Source: Oscillospiraceae bacterium (GTDB lineage Bacteria > Bacillota > Clostridia > Oscillospirales > CAG-272). From it: a DNA stretch of 38,482 bases. The notes under the pieces are model-generated. The model ran no database searches. It was not told the origin of the DNA and saw only the letters and a list, made by a program, of their open reading frames with translations. Below are positions 1-9,988 of this stretch, in pieces. Within the stretch, counting starts at the first letter, position 1, and each line of letters begins with the position of its first letter. The stretch lies in assembly GCA_015064795.1 (NCBI GenBank), contig SVRO01000003.1, positions 1 to 38,482 of the forward strand, read 5' to 3'. A program made the position numbers and the translations under genes.

Positions 1-473
1 AGCATCATTACCGCCACGTTTACGTTTTCGGAGCTTGCTACAAACTCAAAAAACTCATGAAGCGATATGTTAGAACGGTAAAAATGCGATATCTCAGACG
101 GAAAAACATTCTCTCTATCATAAACATCATCATTATATTTAGAAACTGTTCCATACATAGCCGTAATAAGTGCTTTTACTGCTTCAAATGCTTTTAGCAC
201 AGATTCGCGGCGATCAAGCCCTTCAAACAAAGAACAGATTTCTTCTGCCGTGCTTTGCTTTTTGTCCTCGGAAAGTCCGAGAAGCGTGTCAGTAGTGACA
301 CCATAATATTTTGAAAGCTCTACAAGCATTGAAAGATCAGGTGTCGAGGCACCATTCTCCCATTTGGAAATCGTTTTATTTGAAATAGATAGGCTTTGTG
401 CCACATCTTCTTGTGTTACTCCCTTTGAAGTGCGGAGCTCCACCAATTTTTCTGCAATCTTACATTTGTACAT
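1..473 (-). CDS. XRE-family helix-turn-helix transcriptional regulator (3' end runs off the window)
   Basis: Not in the ORF track; manual translation from ATG at 473: MYKCKIAEKLVELRTSKGVTQEDVAQSLSISNKTISKWENGASTPDLSMLVELSKYYGVTTDTLLG..., a typical Cro/CI HTH_3 pattern; GAGGT RBS at 481-485; frame open to position 1. Confidence 0.9.
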   Translation of the reverse strand, partial: MYKCKIAEKLVELRTSKGVTQEDVAQSLSISNKTISKWENGASTPDLSMLVELSKYYGVTTDTLLGLSEDKKQSTAEEICSLFEGLDRRESVLKAFEAVKALITAMYGTVSKYNDDVYDRENVFPSEISHFYRSNISLHEFFEFVASSENVNVAVMM

Positions 474-518
474 ATTTTTTACCTCTCGAAAAATTCAAGT
501 TCCGGAGCTTGTAACTAT

Positions 519-547
519 ATTATATACGAAACTGGCAGTAGAGTCAA
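519..547 (-). promoter_or_regulatory. sigmaA promoter of the XRE regulator gene
   Basis: Minus strand TTGACT-N17-TATAAT (-35 at 542-547, -10 at 519-524). Confidence 0.7.
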
Positions 548-625
548 CAGAGAGAAATTTTATTATTTCTCTGAAACAGAGATTTATCGAAAGGATAACA
601 AAATGGTGGTTGAAATTGTAAAATG

Positions 626-669
626 TATAAAATACCGCCGAGAGCGACCAAACGGTTACTCTCGGCGGT
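626..669 (-). terminator. Intrinsic terminator downstream of truB
   Basis: Inverted repeat ACCGCCGAGAG (634-644) / CTCTCGGCGGT (659-669), followed on the minus strand by ATTTTATACATTTT. Confidence 0.75.
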
Positions 670-688
670 GTTCTTATCTGTATACATA

Positions 689-1615
689 TTATTCTAACTC
701 AAAAAGCTTGATGGACTTGATGACACTTCCCTCCTCGTACTCGCGCACTTCTCCAAGCGCAAAAAAACTTCCATCCTCACGGCATACGCGCACACGCGTA
801 TTTTCTGCCAAGGTCGTTCCGATCTTTTTTTGATAGATTTCACATCCGCTTCGGAAAAGCCGTTCGTAGAATGCCGGAAGCTTTACGCGCGGAAGTAACG
901 CAAAAAGCGACTCGATTGGTATCAAAAGTGATTGCAAGGCCGCATTGTCCATATTTTGCAAAGCTTCAAGTGTATAACTTTGATCGATGCAAAAGCCGCC
1001 CGTTTCGGTTCGTTCCAGGGAGGCCATAACGGCACCGCAACCAAGCGTCTTACCAATGTCGGCACAGAGCGTGCGAATATAGGTTCCGGAGGAGCATTCC
1101 ACGTCAAGAATATAGTCGCTCGCGCTCTCGGTTGGTGTGCATACGAGCGAGAAAATTGTAACCTCGCGCGCCTGACGCTCCACGGTAATCCCCTTCCTTG
1201 CCAGGTCAACCAGCTTTTGCCCCTGCACCTTAAGTGCGCTATACATCGGGGGAACTTGGGAAATATTGCCCACAAAGCCTTCACAAGACGCCAAAACCTG
1301 CTCGGTGCTTGGCAATTCCTTGGTTTCGGAAAGAATATTTCCCGTAATATCCTCGCTATCGGTCGTGATACCAAGACGCATAACGGCACGGTAACGCTTT
1401 TGGTCAGACACCAAATACTCCGCCGCTTTTGCCGCACGACCGACAAGCACCACCAAAACGCCCGTTGCCATGGGGTCAAGCGTTCCCGTGTGACCGACAC
1501 GCCGCGTTCCGTATAAGCGTCTCACCTTATTCACAATATCGTGCGAGGTGACGCCCGCGTGCTTGTTGATCACAAGAACGCCGCTTGGATCAAGACCTCC
1601 GTTTTGTTCTTTCAT
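689..1615 (-). CDS. truB: tRNA pseudouridine(55) synthase
   Basis: Motifs VGHTGTLDPMATGVL, QVPPMYSALKVQG, CSSGTYIRTL. Confidence 0.97.
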   Translation of the reverse strand: MKEQNGGLDPSGVLVINKHAGVTSHDIVNKVRRLYGTRRVGHTGTLDPMATGVLVVLVGRAAKAAEYLVSDQKRYRAVMRLGITTDSEDITGNILSETKELPSTEQVLASCEGFVGNISQVPPMYSALKVQGQKLVDLARKGITVERQAREVTIFSLVCTPTESASDYILDVECSSGTYIRTLCADIGKTLGCGAVMASLERTETGGFCIDQSYTLEALQNMDNAALQSLLIPIESLFALLPRVKLPAFYERLFRSGCEIYQKKIGTTLAENTRVRVCREDGSFFALGEVREYEEGSVIKSIKLFELE

Positions 1616-1625
1616 TCCGATCTCC

Positions 1626-2180
1626 TCACAGAATCATATCCTCGGTTTTCATCTTGGGGACGTGATGTACGTCGTTTTCGTCACGGTAGTATGTAAGTTT
1701 GCCGTCTACTGCATCTTCAATGATCACAGTCTCGTCGGGCTTGCCAAGCGCAAGGATCAAACGAGGCTTTTTCTCCGGCGGAATGTTAAGAAGCGTAGAG
1801 ATCTTTTCCGCATCAAAGCTTCCGATCATACAACCGCCAAGCTCCATCTCGGCCGCTGAAAGCATAATAGTCTGCGCGGCAATGCCAACATCACGTGTAA
1901 AAATATCTTGCTCGGCACAAATCACAATGTAAGCGGTGGGCTCGTGTCCCGTTGGTGGAAAACGGCGGTCGGTAAGCGCGCCCGCCCACTTCGTGAGAGC
2001 CAGCACCTTGTCGCACTCAGCCTTTTCGTAACACAAACGGAAACGAAGCCCTTGCGCATTTCTTGTGGATGGCGTATATCTTACGTTATCAACAAAGCTC
2101 ACAAGTGTTTCTTTTGATACACTTACAGAGCTGTCAAAGCTGCGATAGCTTCTATTTTTCAGCAAAAGATCTCGAATCAT
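1626..2180 (-). CDS. Nitroreductase-family flavoprotein
   Basis: N-terminal NRSYRSF, TPSTRNAQ, DVGIAAQTIMLSAAEMELGGCMIG. Confidence 0.9.
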   Translation of the reverse strand: MIRDLLLKNRSYRSFDSSVSVSKETLVSFVDNVRYTPSTRNAQGLRFRLCYEKAECDKVLALTKWAGALTDRRFPPTGHEPTAYIVICAEQDIFTRDVGIAAQTIMLSAAEMELGGCMIGSFDAEKISTLLNIPPEKKPRLILALGKPDETVIIEDAVDGKLTYYRDENDVHHVPKMKTEDMIL

Positions 2181-2845
2181 TCTTCATTCTCCTTTATTGG
2201 AAATCGCAAACAAGCCGCATAGATCGGCTGACCTTTCGACGAAAAGAGTGTTTCGTATTCGGTCATTACGTTGCCCTCGTTGTGTTCGGAGTTGTGCAGA
2301 TCACGCGTGATCCACTCGCTCTCAAGCCCAAATGCCGCAAATTCCTCAATGCTGAAATCAAAAAGCCCTTCGTTATCGGTCTTAAAGACAAGAATACCGT
2401 TCGGCACTAACAATTCCTGATACAACGCAAGAAACGTGTGATAGGTCAAGCGTCTTTTCGCGTGTCCCGATTTGGGCCAAGGGTCGCTGAAATTGAGATA
2501 AATGCAGTCGATGCTTCCCTTGGGAAACCACTCGAGCAGATTTTTTGCGTCACCAATCAAGAAACGCAGATTGTCATTTCTCTCCTCGGAAGACTTTTTC
2601 GCCTTTTCCAAGGCAAGACATGCAACGTCCGGCACCTTTTCCATGGCAATAAAATTCACGTCGGGATGCGCGTTTGCCATGCCGCAAGCAAAGCTCCCCT
2701 TTCCGCAACCGATCTCCAAATGAAGTGGTCTCTTACAGGAAAAGGCGTACCCCGGCTCTTCCTTCAGTCTTTCGACCTCGGTTATCAAAAGCTCGCGGCA
2801 TGCCTCAATTCTTGCCGCGCCATTTTTCTTTTTTCTCATTCTCAT
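2177..2845 (-). CDS. trmB: tRNA (guanine-N7)-methyltransferase
   Basis: LEIGCGKG SAM motif, LNFSDPWPK..HAKRRLT, FKTD, MTEYE. Confidence 0.96.
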   Translation of the reverse strand: MRMRKKKNGAARIEACRELLITEVERLKEEPGYAFSCKRPLHLEIGCGKGSFACGMANAHPDVNFIAMEKVPDVACLALEKAKKSSEERNDNLRFLIGDAKNLLEWFPKGSIDCIYLNFSDPWPKSGHAKRRLTYHTFLALYQELLVPNGILVFKTDNEGLFDFSIEEFAAFGLESEWITRDLHNSEHNEGNVMTEYETLFSSKGQPIYAACLRFPIKENEE

Positions 2846-2867
2846 AAAGCATCGTTCTCCTTTAGGT

Positions 2868-2909
2868 GAAAGTAAGGGGCATCTCCCAAGGAGGTGGCCC
2901 CTTTCTTTT
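2868..2909 (-). terminator. Possible intrinsic terminator or stabilising hairpin between ychF and trmB
   Basis: Minus strand AAGGGGCCACCTCC-TTG-GGAGATGCCCCTT followed by ACTTT; imperfect stem and weak U tract. Confidence 0.5.
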
Positions 2910-2917
2910 ATCTTCGA

Positions 2918-4012
2918 TTATACATTAAAGCGGAAAAGTACGATATCACCGTCGGCAATCACGTATTCCTTACCTTCGCTTCGAAGAAGACCTGCCTCCT
3001 TCACGGCGTTCATGGTTCCCAAGCGAACAAGGTCGTCAAAGGACACGATCTCGGCGCGAATGAAGCCGCGTTCAAAATCACTGTGGATCTTTCCTGCCGC
3101 CTGTGGTGCCTTGGTACCCTTGGTGATCGTCCACGCGCGAACCTCCTTGGGACCTGCCGTCAGGTAACTTATAAGACCAAGAAGTGCGTAGCTTGCCTTG
3201 ATCAAGCGGTCAAGACCGCTCTCCTCAATGCCCATGTCCTCAAGGAATGCCTTCTTTTCTTCTGCGTCAAGCTCGGCGATCTCAGCCTCAATCCCTGCGC
3301 AAATGGCAATGATCTCGGACTTCTCACTTTCGGCATAGGCCTTCAGCTTACAGTATCTCTCGTTTTCAAGCGGTTCGTGCCCCGCCTCCTCCTCACAAAC
3401 GTTTGCCACATAAATGATTGGCTTCATCGTGAGAAGCGGAGATTCCTCCAGTATAGACCGTTCTTCCTCGGAAAGCTCCATAGTTCTTGCGCACTTGCCT
3501 TCTTCCAGGACGACCTTTACGCGCTCCAAAAGCTCAACCTCGGTGGCAAGCGTCTTGTCACCCTTCATAGCCTTTTTGACGCGGTCGATTCTTCTATCAA
3601 GAATTTCAATATCCGAGAAGATAAGCTCAAGGTTAATGGTCTCAAGATCGCGCATCGGATCAATATTTCCGTCCACGTGAATAATATTATCGTCCTCAAA
3701 GCAACGGACAACGTGAACAATAGCGTCCACCTCGCGAATGTGCGAAAGGAACTTGTTGCCAAGGCCCTCTCCCTTGGAGGCACCCTTGACAAGACCTGCA
3801 ATATCCACGAATTCGATCACGGCGGGCGTGTATTTTTCGGGGTTATACATCTCGGCCAAAACGTCAAGACGGCTGTCGGGAACAGCTACCACGCCGACGT
3901 TCGGCTCGATCGTACAGAACGGATAGTTTGCAGATTCCGCGCCTGCATTGGTGAGCGCGTTAAAAAGTGTACTTTTGCCAACGTTTGGCAAACCAACGAT
4001 TCCAAGTTTCAT
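2918..4012 (-). CDS. ychF: Ribosome-associated Obg-family ATPase YchF
   Basis: [51 protein letters not shown]; start placed at ATG 4012 behind GAAAGG. Confidence 0.98.
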   Translation of the reverse strand: MKLGIVGLPNVGKSTLFNALTNAGAESANYPFCTIEPNVGVVAVPDSRLDVLAEMYNPEKYTPAVIEFVDIAGLVKGASKGEGLGNKFLSHIREVDAIVHVVRCFEDDNIIHVDGNIDPMRDLETINLELIFSDIEILDRRIDRVKKAMKGDKTLATEVELLERVKVVLEEGKCARTMELSEEERSILEESPLLTMKPIIYVANVCEEEAGHEPLENERYCKLKAYAESEKSEIIAICAGIEAEIAELDAEEKKAFLEDMGIEESGLDRLIKASYALLGLISYLTAGPKEVRAWTITKGTKAPQAAGKIHSDFERGFIRAEIVSFDDLVRLGTMNAVKEAGLLRSEGKEYVIADGDIVLFRFNV

Positions 4013-4047
4013 GTTTCTGCCTTTCAAAGTCTTTTTTTATCCTACCT

Positions 4048-4076
4048 ATTATATACCATTTTTCATCTTTTGGCAA
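4048..4076 (-). promoter_or_regulatory. sigmaA promoter for ychF
   Basis: Minus strand TTGCCA-N17-TATAAT. Confidence 0.65.
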
Positions 4077-4271
4077 GAGCGTTTTTATATTTTTAGGCGT
4101 TTTTTGCAACAAATTCTAAAAAAACTATTTTCATTTTCACAAAAACATGGTATACTATATAGGAATAGGAATAATTTACTTATTTTTGGCAAAATTCACA
4201 AACTCATCACAGGATTTCCTATTTCTTATTTTATAATAAAATTGAAATACTTATATGCAGGAGGACTTGTT

Positions 4272-4964
4272 ATGATGGACACCAAAATACTCATTGTAGA
4301 CGATGATCCCGCCATTTGCGATGTGATCAAGATCTACTTTGAGAATGAGGGTTACGAGATCAAAATTGCAAATGATGGCGCGGAGGGCGTGAATTATTTT
4401 AAAATGTACGAGCCCGATCTCGTATTGCTCGATATCATGCTTCCCAAGAAGGACGGCTGGCAGGTCTGCCGCGAGATCCGCGAAATCTCTTCCAAGCCCG
4501 TTATCATGATCACTGCTAAAGGCGAGGTCTTTGATAAGGTTTTAGGTCTTGAGCTCGGTGCCGACGATTTCGTGGTAAAGCCCTTTGATATGAAAGAGCT
4601 TTCGGCAAGAGTAAAGGCGGTCCTCCGTCGCTCGCAGGCACATTCCGCGCATGACGACGACGAGGTCATCAAATTTGAAAATATCGAGATCAGTCTTCAA
4701 AAATATGAGTTGAAGCTGAACGGCAAATCGGTGGATATTCCCCCCAAGGAGCTTGAGCTTCTCTACTTCCTTGCATCCAATTACAATCGCGTATTTACGC
4801 GCGATCAGCTTTTGGACAAGGTATGGGGCTTTGATTATCTCGGCGACTCCCGTACCGTAGACGTTCACGTGAAACGCTTGCGCGAAAAGCTGGAGGGTGT
4901 TTCGGATAAGTGGAACCTCAAAACCGTTTGGGGAGTTGGTTATAAATTTGAGATTTTGAGCTGA
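4272..4964 (+). CDS. OmpR/PhoB-family response regulator
   Basis: ILIVDDD, LLDIMLP (phospho-Asp), GADDFVVKPF, winged-helix RTVDVHVKRLREK, TVWGVGYKF; start set at ATG 4272 after GGAGGA (the ORF-track start at 3948 is an upstream extension). Confidence 0.96.
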   Translation: MMDTKILIVDDDPAICDVIKIYFENEGYEIKIANDGAEGVNYFKMYEPDLVLLDIMLPKKDGWQVCREIREISSKPVIMITAKGEVFDKVLGLELGADDFVVKPFDMKELSARVKAVLRRSQAHSAHDDDEVIKFENIEISLQKYELKLNGKSVDIPPKELELLYFLASNYNRVFTRDQLLDKVWGFDYLGDSRTVDVHVKRLREKLEGVSDKWNLKTVWGVGYKFEILS

Positions 4965-5003
4965 CGTCCTGTCAAGCGAGACAAACTGAAAAAAGGGTGC
5001 AGT

Positions 5004-6467
5004 ATGTTTAAAAGCGTTTTTGCCAAATATATTACGGCGTTTATCCTTATTATTTTCATCAGTTTCTCTATGATGCTTTCGATCATCGTCTCCCTTGTCA
5101 ACAATTATTCGGTCAATATTCGCTCGGAAATCGTAAAAAGCGCGGCGCGCTCAGCGGAATCGTATTTGACTCTCCGCTTTGAAGAAGCCGACTCCTACGA
5201 TCTGCGCGATTTTGTTCTTGAGAACTATACCGATGTCAACAACATCATGGAATCGGTTGCCAAAAAATGCGATGGTGTTTCTCTTATGCTGGCTGACCGT
5301 AGCGGCAATCTGATCCTATATGCGCACCCCGAAAAATCGGGATATTTTCAAACGCCCATCTTTCTCCCCGCGGATATGCACGAATTGCTTCTTGATAAGC
5401 AGGATGCAAGATCGGTGGGAACGCTTTCTGGCGTGTTTGAATCCGCGTATATCTCCTATGCTACGCCGATGTTGGACGATGAAGCGAATTATTGCGGCTC
5501 GGTGATTGCCAGCACCTCGGGAAGCTCGGTAGAAACGCTTCTCAATAAGATGATCAAAACCATCTTCATTTCTTCGCTTTGGATCCTGATTGCCGTGTTG
5601 ATCGCCGTGTATTTTATCACGGAAATGATCACGGGCCCGCTTCGCGAGATGAACAAGGCAGCTAAAAAATTCGGAAGCGGACGCTTTGATATCCGCGTAC
5701 CCGTGCGAGGAAACGACGAGGTGGCCGAGCTTGCCAAAGCCTTCAACGACATGGCTACGTCACTTGACAATTTCGAAAACACGAGAAATACGTTTATGGC
5801 AAATGTTGCTCACGACCTGCGAACCCCCATGACCACCATTTCGGGTTTTATCGACAATATTTTGATCGGTGCCATTCCTAAGGAAAATGAGGCTTATTAT
5901 CTCGGTATCATCAAAGAGGAAATCAAACGCCTCTCAAGGCTTGTCTCTTCCCTGTTGGATATTACGCGTTTGCAGGCGGGTGACCGCAAGCTTGTTATGG
6001 CAGATTTTGATATCTGTGAGCTTGCCCGCTTGATCCTTATCTCCTTCGAGCAAAAGATCGATTCTAAAAAGCTCAACGTAGAATTTGATTGCGAAGAAGA
6101 ACGGATGACGGTAAATGCCGACCGCGATGCCATTTATCAAATTCTGTATAATATTTGTGACAACGGGGTTAAATTTGCAAGAAATGGCGGCGATTACCGC
6201 ATTCGCATCCAAAATGCCGACAAAAAGAAAATACTCGTAAGCGTTTATAACACGGGGGAAGGAATCTCCCCGGATGACCTCCCTCATATTTTTGAACGCT
6301 TTTATAAAGCCGACAAGAGTCGCGGCGTCGACAAAAACGGGGTGGGCTTGGGTATGTATATCTCGCGAACCATCATAGAAGCTCACGGCGAGAAAATATG
6401 GGTAGAAAGCAAACACCACCAATTCAGCGAATTCTTCTTCACTCTTCCCAAAGGAAGTCAAAATTAA
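5004..6467 (+). CDS. Membrane sensor histidine kinase (2 TM, HAMP, HisKA, HATPase)
   Basis: Two hydrophobic segments, HAMP (DEVAELAKAFNDM), H-box NVAHDLRTPMT, N-box NICDNGVKF, G boxes NTGEGI/FERFYK/GVGLG. Confidence 0.96.
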   Translation: MFKSVFAKYITAFILIIFISFSMMLSIIVSLVNNYSVNIRSEIVKSAARSAESYLTLRFEEADSYDLRDFVLENYTDVNNIMESVAKKCDGVSLMLADRSGNLILYAHPEKSGYFQTPIFLPADMHELLLDKQDARSVGTLSGVFESAYISYATPMLDDEANYCGSVIASTSGSSVETLLNKMIKTIFISSLWILIAVLIAVYFITEMITGPLREMNKAAKKFGSGRFDIRVPVRGNDEVAELAKAFNDMATSLDNFENTRNTFMANVAHDLRTPMTTISGFIDNILIGAIPKENEAYYLGIIKEEIKRLSRLVSSLLDITRLQAGDRKLVMADFDICELARLILISFEQKIDSKKLNVEFDCEEERMTVNADRDAIYQILYNICDNGVKFARNGGDYRIRIQNADKKKILVSVYNTGEGISPDDLPHIFERFYKADKSRGVDKNGVGLGMYISRTIIEAHGEKIWVESKHHQFSEFFFTLPKGSQN

Positions 6468-6506
6468 GATAACATCCTCATTATCATAAGCAAGGAAAGG
6501 TACACC

Positions 6507-7955
6507 ATGGACGAAAAAAATACGAATTTTGAAAATCAGAATACCGAGGAGGCGGCGGAGACAAACGAGCCGAACGATAGCGTAAAGCAAGACGAGGTAT
6601 CCGTTACCGAAAAAGCGGAAGAACAGAACGCACCCGTTTCCGCGCAACCTGAAACGGAAATTCCTGCGCCTACTGTCGTATACCGTTGGGACTATAACGA
6701 GCAAGCGCGGGTTGACCGTTCCCGTTCTTCTAAAAGAAAAAACAGCGGCAAGGCTCTATACGCCGCTATTCTCGCCTCGATCTTTTTGCTTACCGTATTT
6801 CTTTTGGTTGGTGCAATGTTCCTTGGTAGTTTTGTCAATTCAAGAAAGGATGACGACGCATACGCGTCGCTCAGCGATCTCTATGACGCGTGTCTTCCCT
6901 CTTACGTGGCAATAAGCACCGTCACCTCGTCGGGTGAAGGTACGGGTTCGGGTATCATCCTTACATCCGACGGATATATCGCCACTAACTACCACGTGGT
7001 AGAAAACGCCAAAACCATCCGAGCCATCACAAGTGACGGGCAATCCTACGATGCGGAATTCATCAACGGCGATGAGTTGAACGACGTTGCCGTGCTCAAG
7101 GTAGAAGCACACAACCTCAAGGCCGCCAAAATCGGAACCTCGGAAAATTCCCGAGTGGGTGACCAAGTCATAGCAATCGGAACCCCTCATAGCATTGATT
7201 ATCAAGGGACGATGACGTCGGGATATATTTCGGCACTGAACCGCCGCTTCGTTGAGCAAAACGAAAACGGAACGGTAAAAAAGGTTCTGTACCTCATTCA
7301 GACCGACACGAGCGTAAATCCGGGAAACTCGGGTGGCCCGCTCTTTAACCGAAACGGTGAAGTTATTGGTATCGTTACCCTGAAGATTGCAGGAGCGAAC
7401 TACGAGGGGCTTGGCTTTGCGATTCCGATGGAAAGCGTGATGCCTCTGATAAACGACATCATGAGAAACGGTGAGATCACGGATCCCGATGCAGGCGGTG
7501 CCAATCACGGCGCGGCGCTTGGCGTAAGTGGATTTGACGCCGTAAAGGATACAAAATATCTCCTGTCGGGCAGCTATCACTTCGAGGTCGTTTTCGACGA
7601 AGAGCTTGGCGAGGATTGCTTGTTATATCCTTCCATTTACGGAGATATCAAATTGCCGATCCGTGACGAAGCAGTGCTTGCAGAGTACAATATTACGGAA
7701 TACACATTCTTTACAGCAGAGCATACCGGTGTGGTAGTGATCTCTACTACGGAAAATTTTGACTCGGCAAAAAAACTGAAGTTATACGATATCATTCTTA
7801 CGGCCGACGGTCTTCCCTGCACGCAAACGACAACGCTTCGTGCATTGGTTTCCACAAAGAAGATCGGAGAGGAGATCAAGCTTGAGATCTTCCGCGACGG
7901 CGAAATCCGCACAGTAAACGTCAAGCTGGGCGCTTCCGCCGACATGACCGATTAA
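6507..7955 (+). CDS. htrA: HtrA/DegP-like membrane-anchored serine protease with PDZ domain
   Basis: TM anchor; catalytic triad motifs TNYHVV, DVAVLK, NPGNSGGPL; C-terminal PDZ-like DIILTADG...IKLEIFRDG. Confidence 0.92.
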   Translation: MDEKNTNFENQNTEEAAETNEPNDSVKQDEVSVTEKAEEQNAPVSAQPETEIPAPTVVYRWDYNEQARVDRSRSSKRKNSGKALYAAILASIFLLTVFLLVGAMFLGSFVNSRKDDDAYASLSDLYDACLPSYVAISTVTSSGEGTGSGIILTSDGYIATNYHVVENAKTIRAITSDGQSYDAEFINGDELNDVAVLKVEAHNLKAAKIGTSENSRVGDQVIAIGTPHSIDYQGTMTSGYISALNRRFVEQNENGTVKKVLYLIQTDTSVNPGNSGGPLFNRNGEVIGIVTLKIAGANYEGLGFAIPMESVMPLINDIMRNGEITDPDAGGANHGAALGVSGFDAVKDTKYLLSGSYHFEVVFDEELGEDCLLYPSIYGDIKLPIRDEAVLAEYNITEYTFFTAEHTGVVVISTTENFDSAKKLKLYDIILTADGLPCTQTTTLRALVSTKKIGEEIKLEIFRDGEIRTVNVKLGASADMTD

Positions 7956-7996
7956 CAAAAAAGGTTGCAGAACAAAGTTCTGCAGCCTTTTTTGTT
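7954..7996. terminator. Bidirectional intrinsic terminator between convergent htrA and fucI
   Basis: AACAAAAAAGGTTGCAGAAC-AAA-GTTCTGCAGCCTTTTTTGTT, with A/T tracts on both sides. Confidence 0.88.
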
Positions 7997-9822
7997 TACT
8001 TATAAAGGGGACCGTAGGTCGCGCAAGCGCGGTAGTCCTGACCTTCCTTATCCATGCCAAATGCGTTCCATGCAGCAGGACGGAAAATATCGTCCTTGGG
8101 AACATTGTGCATACATACGGGGATGCGAAGCATCGAACACATGGTGATCAGGTCGGCGCCGATATGGCCGTAGGAAATGGCACCGTGGTTGGCTCCCCAA
8201 TTTTGCATTACGTCATAAGCCGTCTTGAAGGGCGATCCCTCCTTGCCGTCACAACGGGGCGCAAACCAAGTGCAAGGCCACGTGGGGTCGGTGCGTGCCA
8301 TCAGCTTATCGGTAACCTCGTCGGGAAGCTTCACAGTCCATCCCTCTGCAATCTGAAGAACCGGGCCAATACCCTTTACCAGATTGAGACGGATCATGGT
8401 AGCGGGCATTTCGGCACGGGTTACGAAATGGCTGGAGAAGCCGCCGCCACGGAAGTTATCAAAGCCTGCTTCGCACCACACGGTTGCGTCGGTCATCTTC
8501 TTAATATCTTCCTCGGTAACCTCCCACCATCTCTTCATAATGGGGTTACCGTTCTCATCGGTGCATTCGCCGCAAGCATCAAGACAAGCAGCACCCGAGT
8601 TAAGCAGGTGAATAATACCGTCGGATTCAGCAGCCTTACCTTCGAGCTTATATCCCGTAACTCTTTCGGTAGCATCGCCCGACCAATAGGTACGAACATC
8701 GGCAAAGATCTGTGCGCGATGCGTAAGCAGTCTCATAAAGAGCATACCGAGACCGTTGAGCACGTCGTTTTCGGTAGCAAGCGTATAGGGCTCACGCGCG
8801 CCCTCGTAGTCAAAGGTCGAGGAAAGAAGAGCCTCGGGATAGTCACAGTTGGGCCAATGGTCGGTCCACTGTCTCTGTCCCTGGAAGCCGCCTGCAATCG
8901 CATTGTGACCAACCTTTTCCTCCTCGGCAAAGGCAGGAAGATTGGGATTACCGCGCATAAGATCCTTGATGATGCAGTACATCTTGACGGTAAATTCCCA
9001 CTGCTTTTCCTTTTCCTCGGGCGTGAACTTGATACGGCGCGTTTCGCCAAGGAATTCCACTTCCTCGGGGTTGTTGTCGGGGCCTTCCTTGCAATGTTCC
9101 TTCGTCCATGCAAGTGCCTTCTGATACTCTTCCTCATTGTAGATTCCCTCTTCCATGCGGCGAAGGATCTCTACTTCGTCAACCGACTCGACGCGCATGC
9201 CAAGATACTTTTCGATGAAATCCTGATCGATAATGGAGCCCGCAATACCCATGCACTGCGAACCGATCTGGAGATAGGATTTACCACGCATGGTAGCAAC
9301 CGCCACGGCGGCGCGACCGAAACGGAGAAGCTTTTCCTTCACGTCCTCGGGGATCTCGGTCACCTGATCTCTGTCCTGCACCTCATGGCCGTAGATGCCA
9401 AATGCGGGAAGTCCCTTCTGCGCGTGTCCGGCAAGAACGGCGGCAAGATAAACGGCGCCGGGTCTCTCGGTTCCATTAAAGCCCCAAACACCCTTGATCG
9501 TATGCGGATCCATGTCCATCGTCTCGGAGCCGTAGCACCAACAAGGAGTTACCGAAAGTGTGATGGAAACGCCTTCCTTCTTAAACTTGTCGGCACAAGC
9601 AGCTGTTTCCGGAACACGGCCGATCGTGGTATCGGCCATAACCACCTTCACGGGCTCACCGTTGGAGTAGAACAGATTCTCCTCAAACAGTTTTTTGGCG
9701 GCTTTCGCCATAGCCCAAACCTGAGGTTCAAGGCTCTCTCGGAGCTGTCTCGGGCCGCGGCGGCCGTCAACGATGGGACGAATACCGATTACGGGATAAT
9801 CACCAATGATTTTGTTTGCCAT
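7996..9822 (-). CDS. fucI: L-fucose isomerase (also acts on D-arabinose)
   Basis: [62 protein letters not shown]. Confidence 0.97.
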   Translation of the reverse strand: MANKIIGDYPVIGIRPIVDGRRGPRQLRESLEPQVWAMAKAAKKLFEENLFYSNGEPVKVVMADTTIGRVPETAACADKFKKEGVSITLSVTPCWCYGSETMDMDPHTIKGVWGFNGTERPGAVYLAAVLAGHAQKGLPAFGIYGHEVQDRDQVTEIPEDVKEKLLRFGRAAVAVATMRGKSYLQIGSQCMGIAGSIIDQDFIEKYLGMRVESVDEVEILRRMEEGIYNEEEYQKALAWTKEHCKEGPDNNPEEVEFLGETRRIKFTPEEKEKQWEFTVKMYCIIKDLMRGNPNLPAFAEEEKVGHNAIAGGFQGQRQWTDHWPNCDYPEALLSSTFDYEGAREPYTLATENDVLNGLGMLFMRLLTHRAQIFADVRTYWSGDATERVTGYKLEGKAAESDGIIHLLNSGAACLDACGECTDENGNPIMKRWWEVTEEDIKKMTDATVWCEAGFDNFRGGGFSSHFVTRAEMPATMIRLNLVKGIGPVLQIAEGWTVKLPDEVTDKLMARTDPTWPCTWFAPRCDGKEGSPFKTAYDVMQNWGANHGAISYGHIGADLITMCSMLRIPVCMHNVPKDDIFRPAAWNAFGMDKEGQDYRACATYGPLYK

Positions 9823-9856
9823 TCTTTTTTCTCCTTTTTAATATTTTGGTTTTTTA

Positions 9857-9885
9857 TTGACAAAATGAACAAACTGTGTTAAACT
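9857..9885 (+). promoter_or_regulatory. sigmaA promoter for the AraC regulator gene
   Basis: TTGACA-N17-TAAACT with extended -10 TG at 9877-9878. Confidence 0.65.
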
Positions 9886-9939
9886 GATTTTATATTTATG
9901 TGCTTTCTTACATAATATCATCTTTTGAAGCACATTTAC

Positions 9940-9977
9940 ATGGATTTTTGTAACAATTTTATGGATTTTTGAACAAT
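9940..9977. promoter_or_regulatory. Direct repeat, putative AraC-family operator for fucI
   Basis: ATGGATTTTTGTAACAAT (9940-9957) and ATGGATTTTTG-AACAAT (9961-9977), 21-bp period, next to the -35 position of a minus-strand TG-N-TATTAT -10 element (9912-9920). Confidence 0.6.
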
Positions 9978-9988
9978 GAGGCCATTTT

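Noticed and set aside
364-833. Short plus-strand ORFs 364-621 and 603-833
   Set aside because: They overlap the XRE gene, its promoter, the terminator and truB; no coding features.
2894-4096. 400-aa ORF antisense to ychF
   Set aside because: Same shadow-ORF effect opposite a conserved gene.
3948-4271. N-terminal extension of the response regulator ORF (likewise 12329-12574, 24688-24840, 28415-28477, 29541-29627)
   Set aside because: These run through promoter regions or neighbouring genes; downstream ATGs fit the RBS and/or domain boundaries better.
8107-9882. 591-aa ORF antisense to fucI
   Set aside because: In-register shadow of a codon-biased gene (few TTA/CTA/TCA codons means few antisense stops); no RBS or recognisable motif.
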